Origin: Phoronis australis
Taxonomy: Eukaryota; Animalia; Phoronida
Assembly: GCA_002633005.1 (NCBI GenBank)
Contig: NMRA01000468.1
Span: 124,001 to 188,000, forward strand
Length of the DNA stretch: 64,000 nucleotides
Direction: 5' to 3'
The notes below the pieces were generated by a model. The model saw only the letters and a program-made list of their open reading frames with translations, was not told where the DNA came from and searched no databases. Position 1 is the first letter of the stretch; the number at the start of each line of letters is the position of its first letter. Positions 18,875-33,800 of the stretch are shown here, one piece after another. The position numbers and the translations under genes were made by a program.

Positions 18875-21800
18875 CTGAAATACGTGAATGAGATATCTAT
18901 ATTGTATGCCATGTGACCATATTACTTTTAGGTATTATTTAATTTTGAAGAATTTGATTTGAATATCACTGTTAACAAATTTTGAATATTGTCATAAGTG
19001 TAGAATTTATGGAAATGCTGGTATTACAAATTAAAGTAAAACAAACACACCACACAAATAAACAGCAATAATAACACAAACCAAATCAATAATAACTCAA
19101 ATATTTCTTTCCTGTGTAATGTCAAGATAAAATACTTCAAACTTAAATATCTTCAAATAAATACAATGTTAAATGAAAATAATGTAATAAGTATTTAACA
19201 GGGTTATGTTATGAATTTGAAAGATTACTTGAAGTACAGAAAATGTTGAACACGACAAGAAAAACAATTTGGGTTCTTTCTGGAAAATCAAAAGAAAAAG
19301 TGATTGCTGACAAAGTAAAGGTAGACACACACATCACTGTACAAACGGCGTTACCCAAAATTTCAAGTATTGTTACAAGTAGCAGTAGAACTCGGGAGCT
19401 GCAAGTCAATCAGTTTAATCATTAACATTTAACTCATTAATAACATCACAAGAAGACAACTTCTAACAACATAGAGCATGCAATTAATAAACACAGCAGG
19501 GACTATGATAATTATAAGACTTATGTTAATGAAGAAGCCATCTTGCTCTGGGCCTGTTTCATGATGACGACTTAAGACGGATGTTTGACCTGACGCTCTC
19601 ACGTCAAAATCCCTGACAAAAAGGCTAGCCAAGTAAATATGAACAGATCGAGGTCTAAAAATAATTTTTTAAATTATCTCACTGACTGGCAATTACAAAT
19701 GTATTCTCAGACACTTTGTACTTTTGCCAAAATGAGTAATAATTATTTTTCAAAAATAGTTAGTGGAGCGTAAGACCAAATTTCTGTCGTCTTAAGTCAA
19801 TTTTCACACAACAGACGCCTGATCACACTTTTTATTTCTTCTAACCGAGTTCTCATTGGATGATAATCATAAATACTGTAAACACATGGCCATAAAAATA
19901 TGTTTTACCACAAAAACCAAGGCTGATCATCGCATATTCTTTTTGTCAATGCTCTGTTTTTCCCATTGTGTTTGTGTTTTGTCATTCAAAAGCTAAGAAA
20001 CGACAACTACAAGTTTAAGGCACTGAAAGCAACAAAGAGGTCATGTTCATAATTCTGAACGGAATACTTGGTTTTGAGAAAAATAAATTAATGGCGTCTA
20101 ATGGAAGCCTTTTCACACAGAAAAAATTCTTTTTTAAATGAGAAAGTGAGATTTTGCATGTTTCTTTTCTATTTTCTGTGTTCAAAAGCTCATCCACTCA
20201 GCTTCCCATGAAATGCCTGATGAGGAGATAAAGCAAGATTTGATGTAGCATTCCCTGCTCAACACTGGTGTGCTCTGCTAGTGGAATGATTAAGCAAGAT
20301 TTGATGTAGCATTCCCTGCTCAACACTGGTGTGCTCTGCTAGTGGAATGATTAAGCAAGATTTGATGTAGCATTCCCTGCTCAACACTGGTGTGCTCTGC
20401 TAGTGGAATGATTAAGCAAGATTTGATGTAGCATTCCCTGCTCAACACTGGTGTGCTCTGCTAGNTTTTTCCCATTGTGTTTGTGTTTTGTCATTCAAAA
20501 AATAAGAAACGACAACTACAAGTTTAAGGCACTGAAAGCAACAAAGAGGTGTCATGTTCATAATTCTGAACGGAATACTTGGTTTTGAGAAAAATTAATT
20601 AATGGCGTCTAATGGAAGCCTTTTCACACAGAAAAAAATCTTTTTTAAATGGGAAAGTGAAATTTTGCATGTTTCTTTTCTATTTTCTGTGTCGTAAGTT
20701 CAAAAGCTCATCCACTCAGCTTCACATGAAATGCCTAATGAGGAGTTGAAGCAAGATTTGATGTAGGATTCCATGCTCAACACTGGTGTGCTCTGCATGT
20801 GGAATGGTTTGCTGGTTAGTTTGCTGGAAACAGTAGATGCATCAAACATAGCACACTGCGAGTGAAATCCCCTACTTTTTTAAGGTAGTAAGAAGCGTTT
20901 ATTTATCAATTTGAAGAAATGCAGGACATCTGGAATATAGTGACAATGCATACTGCGACAAATGGCAGATCTGAGAAGAGGTAAGCTAATGAAAAGTTGT
21001 TATGGTGTGTCATTAGTTCGACTGTTGCTCAACAGAGGTCACGTCTATCTCTTTCTCTCTGTCAAGATGACAGACAATAACTTAAGTCAGACTGTAGTAT
21101 TTACTTGAATCTGTAGGACAGAGCCGCACCCGATACTTTGGTCCCCATGTCCCAAATCAAACATGTATCTGTTGCCAGCTGTTGGACCACGTGAATGTGT
21201 AGCCACATCTAGATCATCCAAAAAATTAAAAACATGGCCCACGTTCACACCAAAGCTTCAAAAGCTCACCCTATAAAAGTGCAGAGAATATAGTAAAGTT
21301 TCTTGAATTTAGAACACAGTGAAATTTTATTTTATCAAAATTTAACTAAAATAAACAGAAAGAGAACTTTATTTCATTGCTTGTACAATTTGTATTGTAC
21401 ACCTGCCATCATTAACAAAAAAATGAAATTTTGAGGATTGTTAACAAAGCAGTGATATGTTGAAAATGGAAAATTGTAACTATTTTAGGCTATTAATTTT
21501 TGTTCGAATTTCAGAAACTTTACATGTATCATATTTATAACTAAAGCGCAGCTGAAAATTACAATTAAATCCGCACTAAACTAAGTAACAAAGCATCCCT
21601 CTAACCATCTTACATGTACTGTATGCGACCCCCCCCCCCCCCCCCCCCNCCCCCCGGGGCAGTTTGGGTATTAACTAATGAAATCGCACTTGGGCAAGTT
21701 ACACAGGTCAACGATACCTAACAACTACACAGTGTCTTGAAGTTCATTTATCAAACTGATATATTGCAATTCATCTGTAAGCTAGACAAGCAAACCTTTT

Positions 21801-24800
21801 AAAAGATTTCATCTCTGTTGGACATTACAACAACACATAAGAAAACAATGAGATTTATCTCCAGATGTGCAAGGAACACGTACAGCAAAATCTCACAAAT
21901 TTACGACACAACACTGGAAGCCTTTGAACTACAGAAAATCTCAAATTTCGCAATTATTTTTGTCCCAAATTGGAGAGATTTCACAGTAGAGTCTGACTAT
22001 GGAGATGATGGGGGTGGACAAGAACACTGAATAGGGCTGTTAATTGAAGCATTGGTTAAATAAAGCTGTTATGTCATTCCAAGCAAAAGCTGTGGCACTG
22101 CCACCTAGAGGCGGAACAACAAAACTACCACATGACTGACAACGTACGTCACAGAAAAACATCCTGGATGACAAAGGCATCGGGCTGGTAGGGGAGCGCG
22201 CTGGTGGTCTTAACGTCAGGATTTTTGGAGGCCTCTGTTTTGACAAAATAATCAGATACTTACTAATGAGGAAACATGTCCAAGAGACCACTCAAAAGTC
22301 CATGCCAATTCTACATTATATTTTGTAAAATGTAAATGTTTAACCATCTAGATGAATACATGACAAGATGATTTACGTGCGCTACATAAAAGTTGAATGT
22401 CTTGAGTTATCAACACCCAGATATGTGCAAATTTGGGGTCGCAAAACAAATTCCACTTTTTAAACCTTTTCTTGCAAACGTTGAGAATTCACAGAACTGT
22501 TTTCTCGCATTTTCATGTTGTGCATGCACTAAGCAGCAAATCATACTTTTAGCAAAATTAAAACAAAACATGGATCTTTAATTACACGGCTACCACAAGC
22601 TGGCACAGATATTTACAAACATGCATTGAATTACCACTCTGTCATTCCACGGCTGACTGTCACAACACATATAAATTGCCATCAGTAAACTGCTCAATGC
22701 ATTATACTAACACAATAAATTAGTCAGCAACATTGGCGGGTATTCCCTGCAATCAAGTACAGGGACACGATGAAGATATTAAATTATCAAATTCCAAGTT
22801 TTTTTTGGCACGCTGGTACTGCATAAGGTCTTTTACCGTTGAGTAAAACTTCACTACTAAATGTTCATCCACGTATACAGCGAAGTTAAGTTGAGCTTTC
22901 CTATTGGCTTCGGTGTCAAACCAACTTTGAAGTCGTTGCCTAGTTACGACAGGATTAGAAAAGTTATCACAAGGTGGCGCTACGATTCTCAACTCAATTT
23001 TTAAGTATGAGCAATCGTTTCATAGAATAAGTCAATTACGTGTTCGAAAAAATGAAATGTTTGCAGAAGTAGATTATGATGAATATTTGAAAAAATTTGT
23101 TTATTTTGATTGCAACACGTGCTGTTGTAGACAGCGACATCTACTAGGAATGTTTATGACATTAAGCATTCGCACTGTACCGACACTTTTGACACTTCGC
23201 TGTTAAATCCACCTGTTTACCATGAAGTTAACCAGCACTTCTGATTTTGATATGGATTTTAAAATTTCCTTTCACCAAATACTAAACACCAAAGTGTCAA
23301 CAGTAATAAGAAAGAGCATTTACACGTAGGTATCTTTCTACTTTCTGCTTGAAACTATATCAAGTGATAAAAGGTTAAGCTCGATAATTAAATGTGCATT
23401 TCTAAACTTAAATTAAAAGTGAAATGGGTTTTTGCGGCACACAAATTACCTTCTGCCCGAGAACCACTCAAGTACAAAACCGCAATGTGTCCCTGACCCC
23501 AACAGCCCTACTCCACTCACCGGCCATATCCTTGCTCTTCATTGTCACCTCCCGTGCCAGGTTATGCCGTAGTTCCAGTACCATCTCTCGACGTTTCTTC
23601 TCTTCGCTCACCTTCTCATGTATCCGTGACTCGGGCACATTCAGCTCAAGACGAGTGAACTCTTGGAGACTGAAAGAGACACCAATATTGGATGTCAAGG
23701 GGGTATTTGGATGCTCCACCTTGAGCACAAATGAAGTACTTCTCAGGGATAATTTCAGGGGTAAGCCTTGAACAATTGGTTCAAAAATAAATTCACTGAC
23801 ATAACGCGATTACTAAACTCAGGTAGATGTGCTCATCAAAATTAGAAGTGAGAAAGGACGAAAAAACAATCATTGCCCCATAGATTTGAAACCGTGTGGG
23901 TCAATTCACCCTTAACCACAATTTCTGAAATGATCCCTGACCTCACCTGAAAAAGTTTATCTGATATTTTCTGAAGACTACTGTCTTCCGATCAAGATTT
24001 GAAGAGAATGCAAATCCTAACAAACATGAATGAAATTAGGTGGGAACAAATTCATTAGTGAAAATAAGATAATCATCTGCTTGTGCAACTGGTTACACCA
24101 TGAGTCATGCTATCAAAACAAACACTCCACAGGAGGCAGACTCTACACTCAGCAGGAGGCAAACCATACACTACAAGAGGCAGACCATACACTCGGCAAG
24201 ACACAGACCATAAAATACAAAACCAGACGTTCAAGTACATCGTACGCAAATACATGACAAACTAAATTTCTTGAATGCAAAACATTGATCTGAATATTCA
24301 TTCATACAATGAATTTCTTCTAGTTGTTCATAGCTTTCCGTAGCAAGTTTTAGGCCAAATATGGAAAAAAATTGTTAGTTTGGGACAGTCACTAAAATTT
24401 ATGACACTAAATTCAAAGGTGAAATATTGCTATGATTCTGAAGATAGGGACAAGGGCCATTTTGGCGTACATCATATTTCACAAATACTCGACTCAACAA
24501 AGTCTGAAAATAAATTTGGCACTTATTTGCTAAAATAGAGAAAAATTGCCAATGACATAACATTTTCAATATCCTCATAGAATGTAACATCAAAGCGAAT
24601 GATCAACTGTCATTGGTCGTAATTCCTGAAAGGACTGATTTTGCTATTTTTAAAATTTGGTACAAGCTTCACCACTAGCAAAATAATATTTTTTCACTGT
24701 CCCAAACTGGAGAATTTTCACTGTAATAAGACACCTTAAACATTCATAGTCAGCTAAACGTCTAGTGATGCGAGAAGTTAATTTACCTGTGAGCAGACAA

Positions 24801-27800
24801 CATTTTCCTGATTCTCTCTGCCTTTTCTTTCCGCTCTACTTTCTCTTCTGCCGTCAACTCCTCGTCGTCAGACTCAGGTTGGTAACGTTCAGGAATAAGC
24901 ACCTTCTCAGGTCCAAGCAGCTAACGAGTACACATTAACGTTTAATGACTTTACTCAATTCTAAAATAATGCAACTTGCACAGATGGCTTTGATAAGATT
25001 TCAGAAACTAGTTGTAAAGTTATACAATAATTTCAAAAAAAATAACATGAAATAATAAATGATGCTATGACACAAAGCAGATGCAATCATTTCCAGGTTC
25101 TAATCAAATATCAAACATGAATGTTGCAGTTGAAAGCTATGTGTTTATCACCATCAACTCAAATTTATAAACTGCATATCATATCAGCAAAATATCCATG
25201 TCAGTCAGCATGGGTAAGTAACATCAGGAACTGATGTAGGACTGATGCAGGACTGCTGTAAGACTGATGTAGGACTGATGTAGAACTGATGTAAGATTGA
25301 CTGCAGGACTGGTGTAAGACTGATGTAGGACTGATGCAGGACTGGTGTAAGACCGATGTAGGACTGATGCAAGACTGGTGTACGACTGACATAGGACTGA
25401 TAAAGGACTACACTCACCTCTCTGTCTATAGTCCACTCATCAATATTACTCTCAATAATGTCTGTGTCGTCTTTAGCTCTGGAAGGGGTATCCTGGTCGT
25501 CCTTAGACCGCTGTAAGTGACATGGACAACTCGAATGAAGGCATGAGTAGCATGATCATTTTTAATAAAAAATGTATTTTGTACATAAACAATTTCAGGG
25601 GTTACTTTGACATGACATTTGTTATTTTACATGACCTCAGTATGGACCAATAAGAGTTTGATTGCTTTTGTGACCATAACAGTAATTCTTTCCATATGAG
25701 CCGAACAAATGGAATTTCATTTTGTTAAAAAATAGACTATTAGAAACACGGTTTGTACTGACAAGTAATTATGACGATTGTTTGAGCTAAGGTTGTTAGC
25801 CTTTGAAAACGAAATTGACAGTTTCTGCAACACGAAATGACTGACAAATTACAAAAAATTGAACATTTTGTCTTAATCTAATTATCAAAGCATGTGACTA
25901 CAAAGCAGAGGCAAATTAATGAACATTAATTTTCTATAAAAAATTACAGTCTAATTTCAATGTCATCAGAAATCCATTATCGACTTGAGAATTAATGGGC
26001 ATTTCGCATGTATTACAAAAATAACAAGTAAAACAGATCTTCGATAATTGCATATTGAGTTTTTAAAACAAAAGCTTGTCATTATAAACTGCTTTAAAGA
26101 GCGGTTCATAATGACAACCTTGTCACAATCAGGAGAGGACCTCATCATTTGACAAATTCCCTAGTACTAACATGTTTTTCCATCAAACAAAATATGTCAT
26201 TGACTGCACGTAGCCTATCCACAAGAAATCTATGAATATTTACCGAGATTGAAGACATAAAGCATTTAAACACAACAATGTATTTGCAAATAAATACTTG
26301 GAAGTAAAGAGCTTAAAAGTAAATACAAGAACTGACAACAGAGGGCAGACCAAACACTAGCATTACAGCATGTCCCCACATGCAAAAGTCTGGTTTATTT
26401 TTGTGACAATTAATCAGCAGCACACACTGAAATCTCACCAATTTAGGATGCAACAAAGATGACATTCAGGTGAAATTTTATTTCATTACATTTTGATTAG
26501 ATATGTAGCTTGCAAAATAAATTCTTCACCATTTTCATGTCTTAATGGCAGTTACCATCAAATTATTATTTAAAAAATTGCGAGGTAATTAAACATGTAT
26601 TTGCATGCTCCTAACTATGCTAATGCATAGCAGGAACTAAATGACAATGCTATTTTAGCATAATCTACGCTAAAAAATGCAGTTGTATTCATTGACAATT
26701 TGCAAATGTGAAAACAAAAAATTCTGCAAATACGTGGTCTTTGCACTGGTCTAATGATGTACCTTGTGGGCTCACATAGCCCGCATCATGCAGTGTTATT
26801 CTTCAGCACCGCCTCACAATACTTACTGGACATGGTTCAGTGATTTGTGGCAGATCATTTTTGCCACAAAACTGGTTCTCAAAAACATTTGGCAATTTTC
26901 AATCTACTTCACATTCACATCGTCGCTATATGTTGTGCGTCTAACTAATTTGGCCAAGCAATCACAAAGATAAAGTATTAGCATGCAAGTTCCACTTTAA
27001 ACGCAACGTTAGAACCCCTTGAAAAATGAAAGTGGACAATTTTGAAAAATGTTTTTGTCTGAAATTGCTAAGATTTATCCATGCTTAATACAAACATGCT
27101 CGGCAACATACATACTTGGATTTCATTGGTCACGTTCTTCAGCACTTTTGGTGTCTCAAGAGATACTGGATGGCTGCTAGAGATGGTCATATAACGGCCA
27201 CGAGAGTTACGTCTGGCGGCAGGGACTTTAGTAATCTTCGGAGCCTCCATCTCAACAGACGTGATCAGCGACGGTGTAGACTTAGAAGTCTTGTTCAGGG
27301 AGAACGGTCGAGGGCCATAGACAAGGTCACTTGAAGGTCGACGTCCCAACAATCTCTCAGCAGCAGATAACTGTGACGCCTAACAATTCAAGACCAAATA
27401 ATTGGACAAGGAAGCAATCTCAACTAATAACTTTCAATTGAGATTTGAAAAATTAGTGCTTTATCAACGCTTAGTCTAACACATTACACTACTTTGTCGC
27501 CTCGCTTTTAAAAATTGAAACATTGCCAGTAGAAATTCTTCAGTTTGGGAAAGTGAAGAATTAATTACTTTGCTTAAGCTTGTAGCTCATACCAAAATTT
27601 AGAAATAGGAAATGTTGGCCGTTCCAAATTAAAGAATCCTGAGAAAGACAAACTTTGCATTGCCAGCTATTTTCGAGGATTTTATCTGAGGCTTTGTTGA
27701 TACAAAATGTAGTGTTCAATATTTGAGAAATACGGAAAATGTCAAACAACAAAGTTGCCCGTGTCACAGTCTTTAGAATCAAGAATTAAAAATTCAACTT

Positions 27801-30800
27801 TGGCTTGAATTTCAATGTTCGACATTTTAGAGAGTGTACCAAACCGGAGAATTTTTACCATTATACACTTAAAAGAGAAACAAACCTGTGCCTCTTGTGA
27901 AACGCAGTCAAACTTTTGATTTGGACCACTTACAAGATTAGTCTCATCTTGTTCCTTAATTAGATTAGAAACAATTTCTAACCTGCAGATGGCGTTACGG
28001 CTCATTACTGTTTCAGACCAGGAGGACTAAGTCGGTTGTCACAGTGGGTTAGTTACAGTCCAGTTACCAAGGAAATACAGTCGTAACGGTAATTACAGGC
28101 AATTTATCTTGACCAATTTCAAATCAAAAAAATCAAGAACACAATGATGTTGCTTTGGAGGCAATAGTCGAATACAACGTGACTGTATTTTAAGAACCAG
28201 TTTGATGTCTGTTATTCAGAGGCGAAACTGTTTCTCAAAATGCGGGCACGTTATATCTGACCATTACTACTTTGGAAGTGCAAATACACTGGCGAAAAAG
28301 TCAATGTTTTAACACCAAAAAATGGTACATGGCATCTTTAAATAGTAATGGGCCATCACTTTTCTCAGAGCCCAAAACTAACTCAGGGTCCAAGCAAGGA
28401 ACATCCATAACACAGTAAGTGGCCAATATGAAATGTTAGTTTTAAAACAGGTCCACACTACACACCTTTGTGTTGACTGCCTTTGGCTTAGGTAATGTGT
28501 TCACAGTGTGTACTCTAGTGGGCTCCTCTGCCCCCTCCATCTCTGTCCCCTCCTCCTCAGCAGGGTCTGAATCTGCCCTCTTGTTCTGACGTTTACGCTC
28601 ATTCTTCTGTTTCACATCCCGCACTGTCTGAGCGCGAGGCTTGTCTTTGGGGATCAGACCTGGTAGGAATACAGTGTAGTGTGAAGAATACAAAGTGAAT
28701 GCGAATGTGTGGTAAAATCTTGCCAATTTCGCACAAAAATAACCAAAATATTTTTTTTCATTTTCATAGGCTTCTTAACTTGTTGTGAATGCCCGCCATT
28801 TCTCAGAATCAATGTCTGAGGGAAGTTGCGGTTTTCACCTTAAAAATGATACACCATTTTTTGTTGATACATACTTCTATGATAAAAATCAAATTTTACT
28901 TGTCGGTCATATTGTGTCCTAAATTGGTGAGATTTTGTAGAAAAATGCACTATTTGACTGTGTCTTTTGTAGTTCTCACCCACCAGAGAGTATTTGCAAG
29001 TTTTTGGTCCTTAAAACTCATTATGAAGGTAAAATCCACGTCATAATCAACATCAAATAAGACTTTGAAAATTTGTGGACAATCCCAAAAGTTGAGAGCC
29101 CTAAACAAAAGAAAATGGGCAAATCCTTTTGTCCAAAACAGGTGTGATTTTGCTGTAGTTCCTTTTTGGTAATCAATTGAAAATTGGATTGTTGAAACAA
29201 CTGCTAATTTATTCTTTTCTAATTTAAACAAAACATAAAACAACAATAAAACCAATTGATTAGTATCACTAATGGGCAATGAAGTGAGTGAAAATGACTT
29301 CCATAAGCTTTTAAACATTATTTTTCAAAAACAAAATTCACTGTTTCTTTTCAAAACACATCAGGAACCCCTAAGGGAGTGTCCTGTAAATTCACTGCCT
29401 GAGAGCATTGGAATCACTTGAAACCCGGGTCAAAATTGGGACGTTGTACGTCAGACAACGTAAATTTCAGTTTATTCTCGATTTTTCACGAGAAGCACTG
29501 CAGTAAACATTTACCATTCCCAAATTCCATACATTAATAGTCATGAAACGTTTTGAAAACATTTCGTACTTTGATAACAATGTTTGAGGAATGTGAAAAA
29601 GGAAGGATAATTCTGGAATTATTTTTGTCTGAAATTTGTAAATTTTTATTTTTCTCAAATGACCAAATTGTCCCATATTTATTTCTAGTCCTACATTTAG
29701 CTAGCTACTTTTCCTACATCCCATGCCCAGCACTATTGCATTCTCACCATAAAATCTCTTCATATTTTCATCTGCCTCACTGATATCTAGAGGTGACTCC
29801 TGACTGTCACCATTGGCACCTTCATCAACGGCGATGTTTTTAGTTTCCATGGAATCCAGATCAGTCTCATTATATGTGGATGGTAAACCACCTTAAATAT
29901 AAAATCGGACGAGGCTCACAAACAAAGGATAGTCACAGATATGCTATTGGAACATTGCTGGTTTAGCCAGTTTCGTACACAAGAAGGTCTGCAGCCAACT
30001 CACTGGTGCATTTTAAATTTGTATAATCTCCCTACACTTACACATCCAGTTGATTCACCACAGTTTGCTACTACTTCCAGAAATGCCACTGACAAAAACT
30101 GACATCAGTGTTCCACCAACCCCTTTTTTAGTGGTTCATTTTAGACACTCCACCAGCTAATATCAAGAGGTAAAATCCAACTGCTGATATTAGGGGGATG
30201 ATCATCATCACTTAGGCTGGGCTGCGCGTTAGAAGACTTTAATAATCTGATCAGCTTCCCCCAATATCAATTACGAAGCTGCAAGGTTCCTTATTGTCGA
30301 GTCTTCTGCAAAACAGGATTCAAACTTTTTTCACTCACAAAGGGGCCCTATTTAGTGGCACATCTCCCAATCCTCAGATCCCCAATGCGTGGTTAGTTCA
30401 GGGCTTGGAATGACCAATGACGAAAAACGCGGAAACTTTTACGGCCCAAACCATGCGCTTCCCAGCCTCGAAATAGTCGATATGGACCTTTTGCCGACAA
30501 AAATCAGGAGGACAAAAAAAAACGGTACCACCTCCAGCATCATGCGTCTGCGTCTTTTTAGCTCGTCCGTCCACTCCACTCCCACCCCCACACATTTTTG
30601 GCTGCAGACCCGTAGTATTTGTCACCGCGGTTTACAATCACACGAGGCGCCATTGAAAAATCCACCACGCTATCCCAGATGCTCCGGCAATGTTGACAAT
30701 TTACGTTCCTCCGAAACAACTTCCGCTTTTCGAGGTGAAAGTCGCCGGCAACACCGCGGTAAGAAAGGAATTTGCCGCAGAAATTTCATATCAAATCCGA

Positions 30801-33800
30801 TTTTTTTACGCGGAAATATAATAAAATACGCGGACAGAACATTTGAAAAAAGCAGAAATCCGCGTTTCCGCGGAAAATTCCAAGCCTTGTTAGTTCCCCT
30901 AGGTGTCCAGACCAACTCACCTTCGTTCAAGTGTTGTGTGGACGTCCTTAAAGTGTCCATGGCTGCCGACAGTTGCTGACCTTGTTTAGACAGTCCATCC
31001 ATCACGTGCGCAACAGAGTCCACCTCTTTCTCTAATCTCATTTTGGCTCGTAACTTTTCACTCGACTGGAAAATTTCAGCCAAATTGGTTAAGTCAAGGA
31101 TTCATATTTACGTCAAGTGTTGAAGCAACAATGCAAAACGCTAATTAAATTATCATTTTCATATTCTTCATCAAAGTTCCATAACAAAATCCAGTGAAGA
31201 TGTTTTTTTCAGAAAATGAACGTGTTTTGAAAATAGGAATGTAGAATATAACTGTAATAATGTGTAATTACTCTTCAGACACAATTCTTTAACTTATTTA
31301 GTAAATAGATTTGTGTTTAGTTAAACGTTCACGAAGGATTTACTAAAAACAAAACCTACAAGAGCAGGAGTACTAAGTGACCTCTGGAGAGGGCTCATGA
31401 CCTTTGACCTCAACATCATGACCTCGTGCTCCACTTTTGCATTTTCTGCTGCAACTTCTTCCAGTTTCTAAAAAAAATCAAGAGTTCTTCAGTAAAATTT
31501 GGCAATGGTCCCAACATCATTCATTTCATTCTTGTTTTGGAAGCAAATTTTCAACAGTGATTTCCATAAGGCCTTTCTTCAAAATCAATGTGATGTAGAT
31601 ATCTCTTAAATGAACAAAGTCGTTGCTTTCTAAAACAGTTGTAACAGCCACTTTCCAGAATACCACAGCGCCATCTCTGGTTGTGCAGTATTTACCCACA
31701 ATGCTGTGTATCAGCAAGGCACTTGATCCACAGTTGTACGCCGATGTACACTTAATCACTATTTTGCATTAAGATTCAGGTTTACCACTGGTTATTCCGA
31801 TGCCAATAAAATCTTATCATTACAAACAGTGAGTTGCAATGTCAACATCAAAAAAATTTAAAAACCCATGCAACGTATGATCAAGCATTCTTATTCTGTC
31901 CACCTCAGCTCAAAAACTAGGTCAAACATATGGTTCATTTCTCTACCTCCACAACAGAGAAGAGTTGAATTATACGGGATGTTGGAATTCTTAAAAAAAT
32001 TCCATGATTAAAATTCTGCGAATAAACTATTTCAAGGCCTAGCTTTCCAAGATTAATGACATGAGGTTTTAACACAGCAGTACAGACTGTCTCTGCATCA
32101 GAGATTGGTGGTAGGGCAGATCACCAGAGTTCTAATCAGGAATTTCCACAATGGACAGACATGGGGATACTTCTGATTACAACATTACAGTTAACCAAAA
32201 GCACCCAGTCATTGACCCCTTGGACCCCCTCTGGAGCCGTTTCCACACACCCGCTCACTCTTGCCGTGCCTACCTGTGAGTCATGTGCCAACTGCATGCG
32301 TACTCTCTGCAGCTCCCTCTCGAGGCTTCTGTGTTGGTTGTATAGACTGTCCACATGCCGAGGGTCTCCTTGTGGACTCTGGTCTATTTGCCGGTTGACC
32401 TCAGATAGAGCCTTTTCTAACATATCCTGTGAAAGTGGAAATTTCTAAGTCAGGAGTGGATATAGATAAGTCAGGAATATCAGTTTGGGAAGTTGGTTAA
32501 AGTCACTGACACTGTGCTAGAAAATTGAACTCTATACATCTAAGGTAGAATGAACGTTCTGTTTAGCTTGATGAGTGATAGAAAGTTTTCAGAGTCTAAT
32601 TGGCCGAAGTGAGCGGGGAACTTTCAATCACTTGACTTTGAAGGACACAAGAAGGGTCGAAAAGCTATGTTAGCTATGTCAACCAAGTCAACTATACTCC
32701 AAAAAGGTAACTTTCCATCACTCATTACTAATCTATCATTTTTAAAACAAAGATAAAAATTGTCTGATTAGAAATCAATGCAAAGTGTTTGTCCTCATGT
32801 CATTTGACAGTAAAATGTGTGTATGACTCATAAACATTTTACTCGATATCGGACAAAATAATGTTCCAGTTATAAATACGACGAAAATAAGCATGCCCGA
32901 CAACAATAAGGGGAAAAATAACAAATTTTGTCTATCAATGTCACAACGATAAGAGAAGGGAGAATGAGAACAAACATTTTACGGATTGCCATAGCTGCTG
33001 GGGAAAATATTAAATATTTTTCACAATACTGAGTTCTGATTTGAAGTGGGACTTTCGTTCAAGTGGTATATCTCAAAACAATTGACAAAACTTTCAACTA
33101 TCTCTGGATAACCAATCCTACAGAACACAGTCACAAATACTGCAATAAGATTAACAGTTCTTGTAATGACTAGTTTGACTTTAAACAAACCTTATCTTCC
33201 TGCAGCGAGCTGACAGAGTGAGACATCTGCTGCAGTTCCTTATCCAGCTCAATCAGACGTTTCTGTTTTTCCTGAAAATATGTCTTCAAGTAAAATATCA
33301 CAGTTCTGTTTCCAGACACATCAAACAATGTGCAAAGCCATTTTCAAGATTACAAGACACAACTGACGCTTCCTTGGCAACCTTACACAGTCAACCGAAA
33401 AGTGATGTCGCTCTCTGAAGTTTAAGCTAGTCAAAAGTACGTGAGAAAACACCAAAATCTTTTTTGGAACGTAAATCTCTTTTGGAAAGAGACTGACTAG
33501 GCAATGGTACTTGGTTCAAATTGAAATTTTATTTTTGACAGTAATCAGCCAAAAATCGATTGTAATGCAGAGCCTTGAAGATGGGACTCAACAGTAGCAG
33601 CCACAGCAAGAAAAGTAAATACCATGCGGATTGAACAGTCACATAAATATTTTAGATAAATTAAGAATCATCAAAACATTGTGATCTAACTTTCTACACA
33701 TACTGATACCAGAAACTAATAGTAGTCCATAAATCTACTAAACTCATTAGTCATGCTTCATGTCAAAGTAAAAAACCATATTCTAATGAGTACTAATAAG

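Noticed and set aside
20231-20464. 61-bp partly palindromic repeats as a CRISPR
   Set aside because: Identical head-to-tail units without spacers; an ordinary VNTR.
25201-25436. SVLHQS-repeat ORFs
   Set aside because: Translations of an 11-bp minisatellite, open in several frames.
30271-30305. Strong acceptor ttttgcAG followed by EDSTIRNLAAS* as an extra terminal or poison exon
   Set aside because: Only an acceptor and a short frame support it; indistinguishable from chance without transcripts.
30389-30979. 196-aa + strand ORF
   Set aside because: It runs through a non-autonomous MITE and the antisense of a real exon; no transposase motifs, and the second MITE copy has indels.
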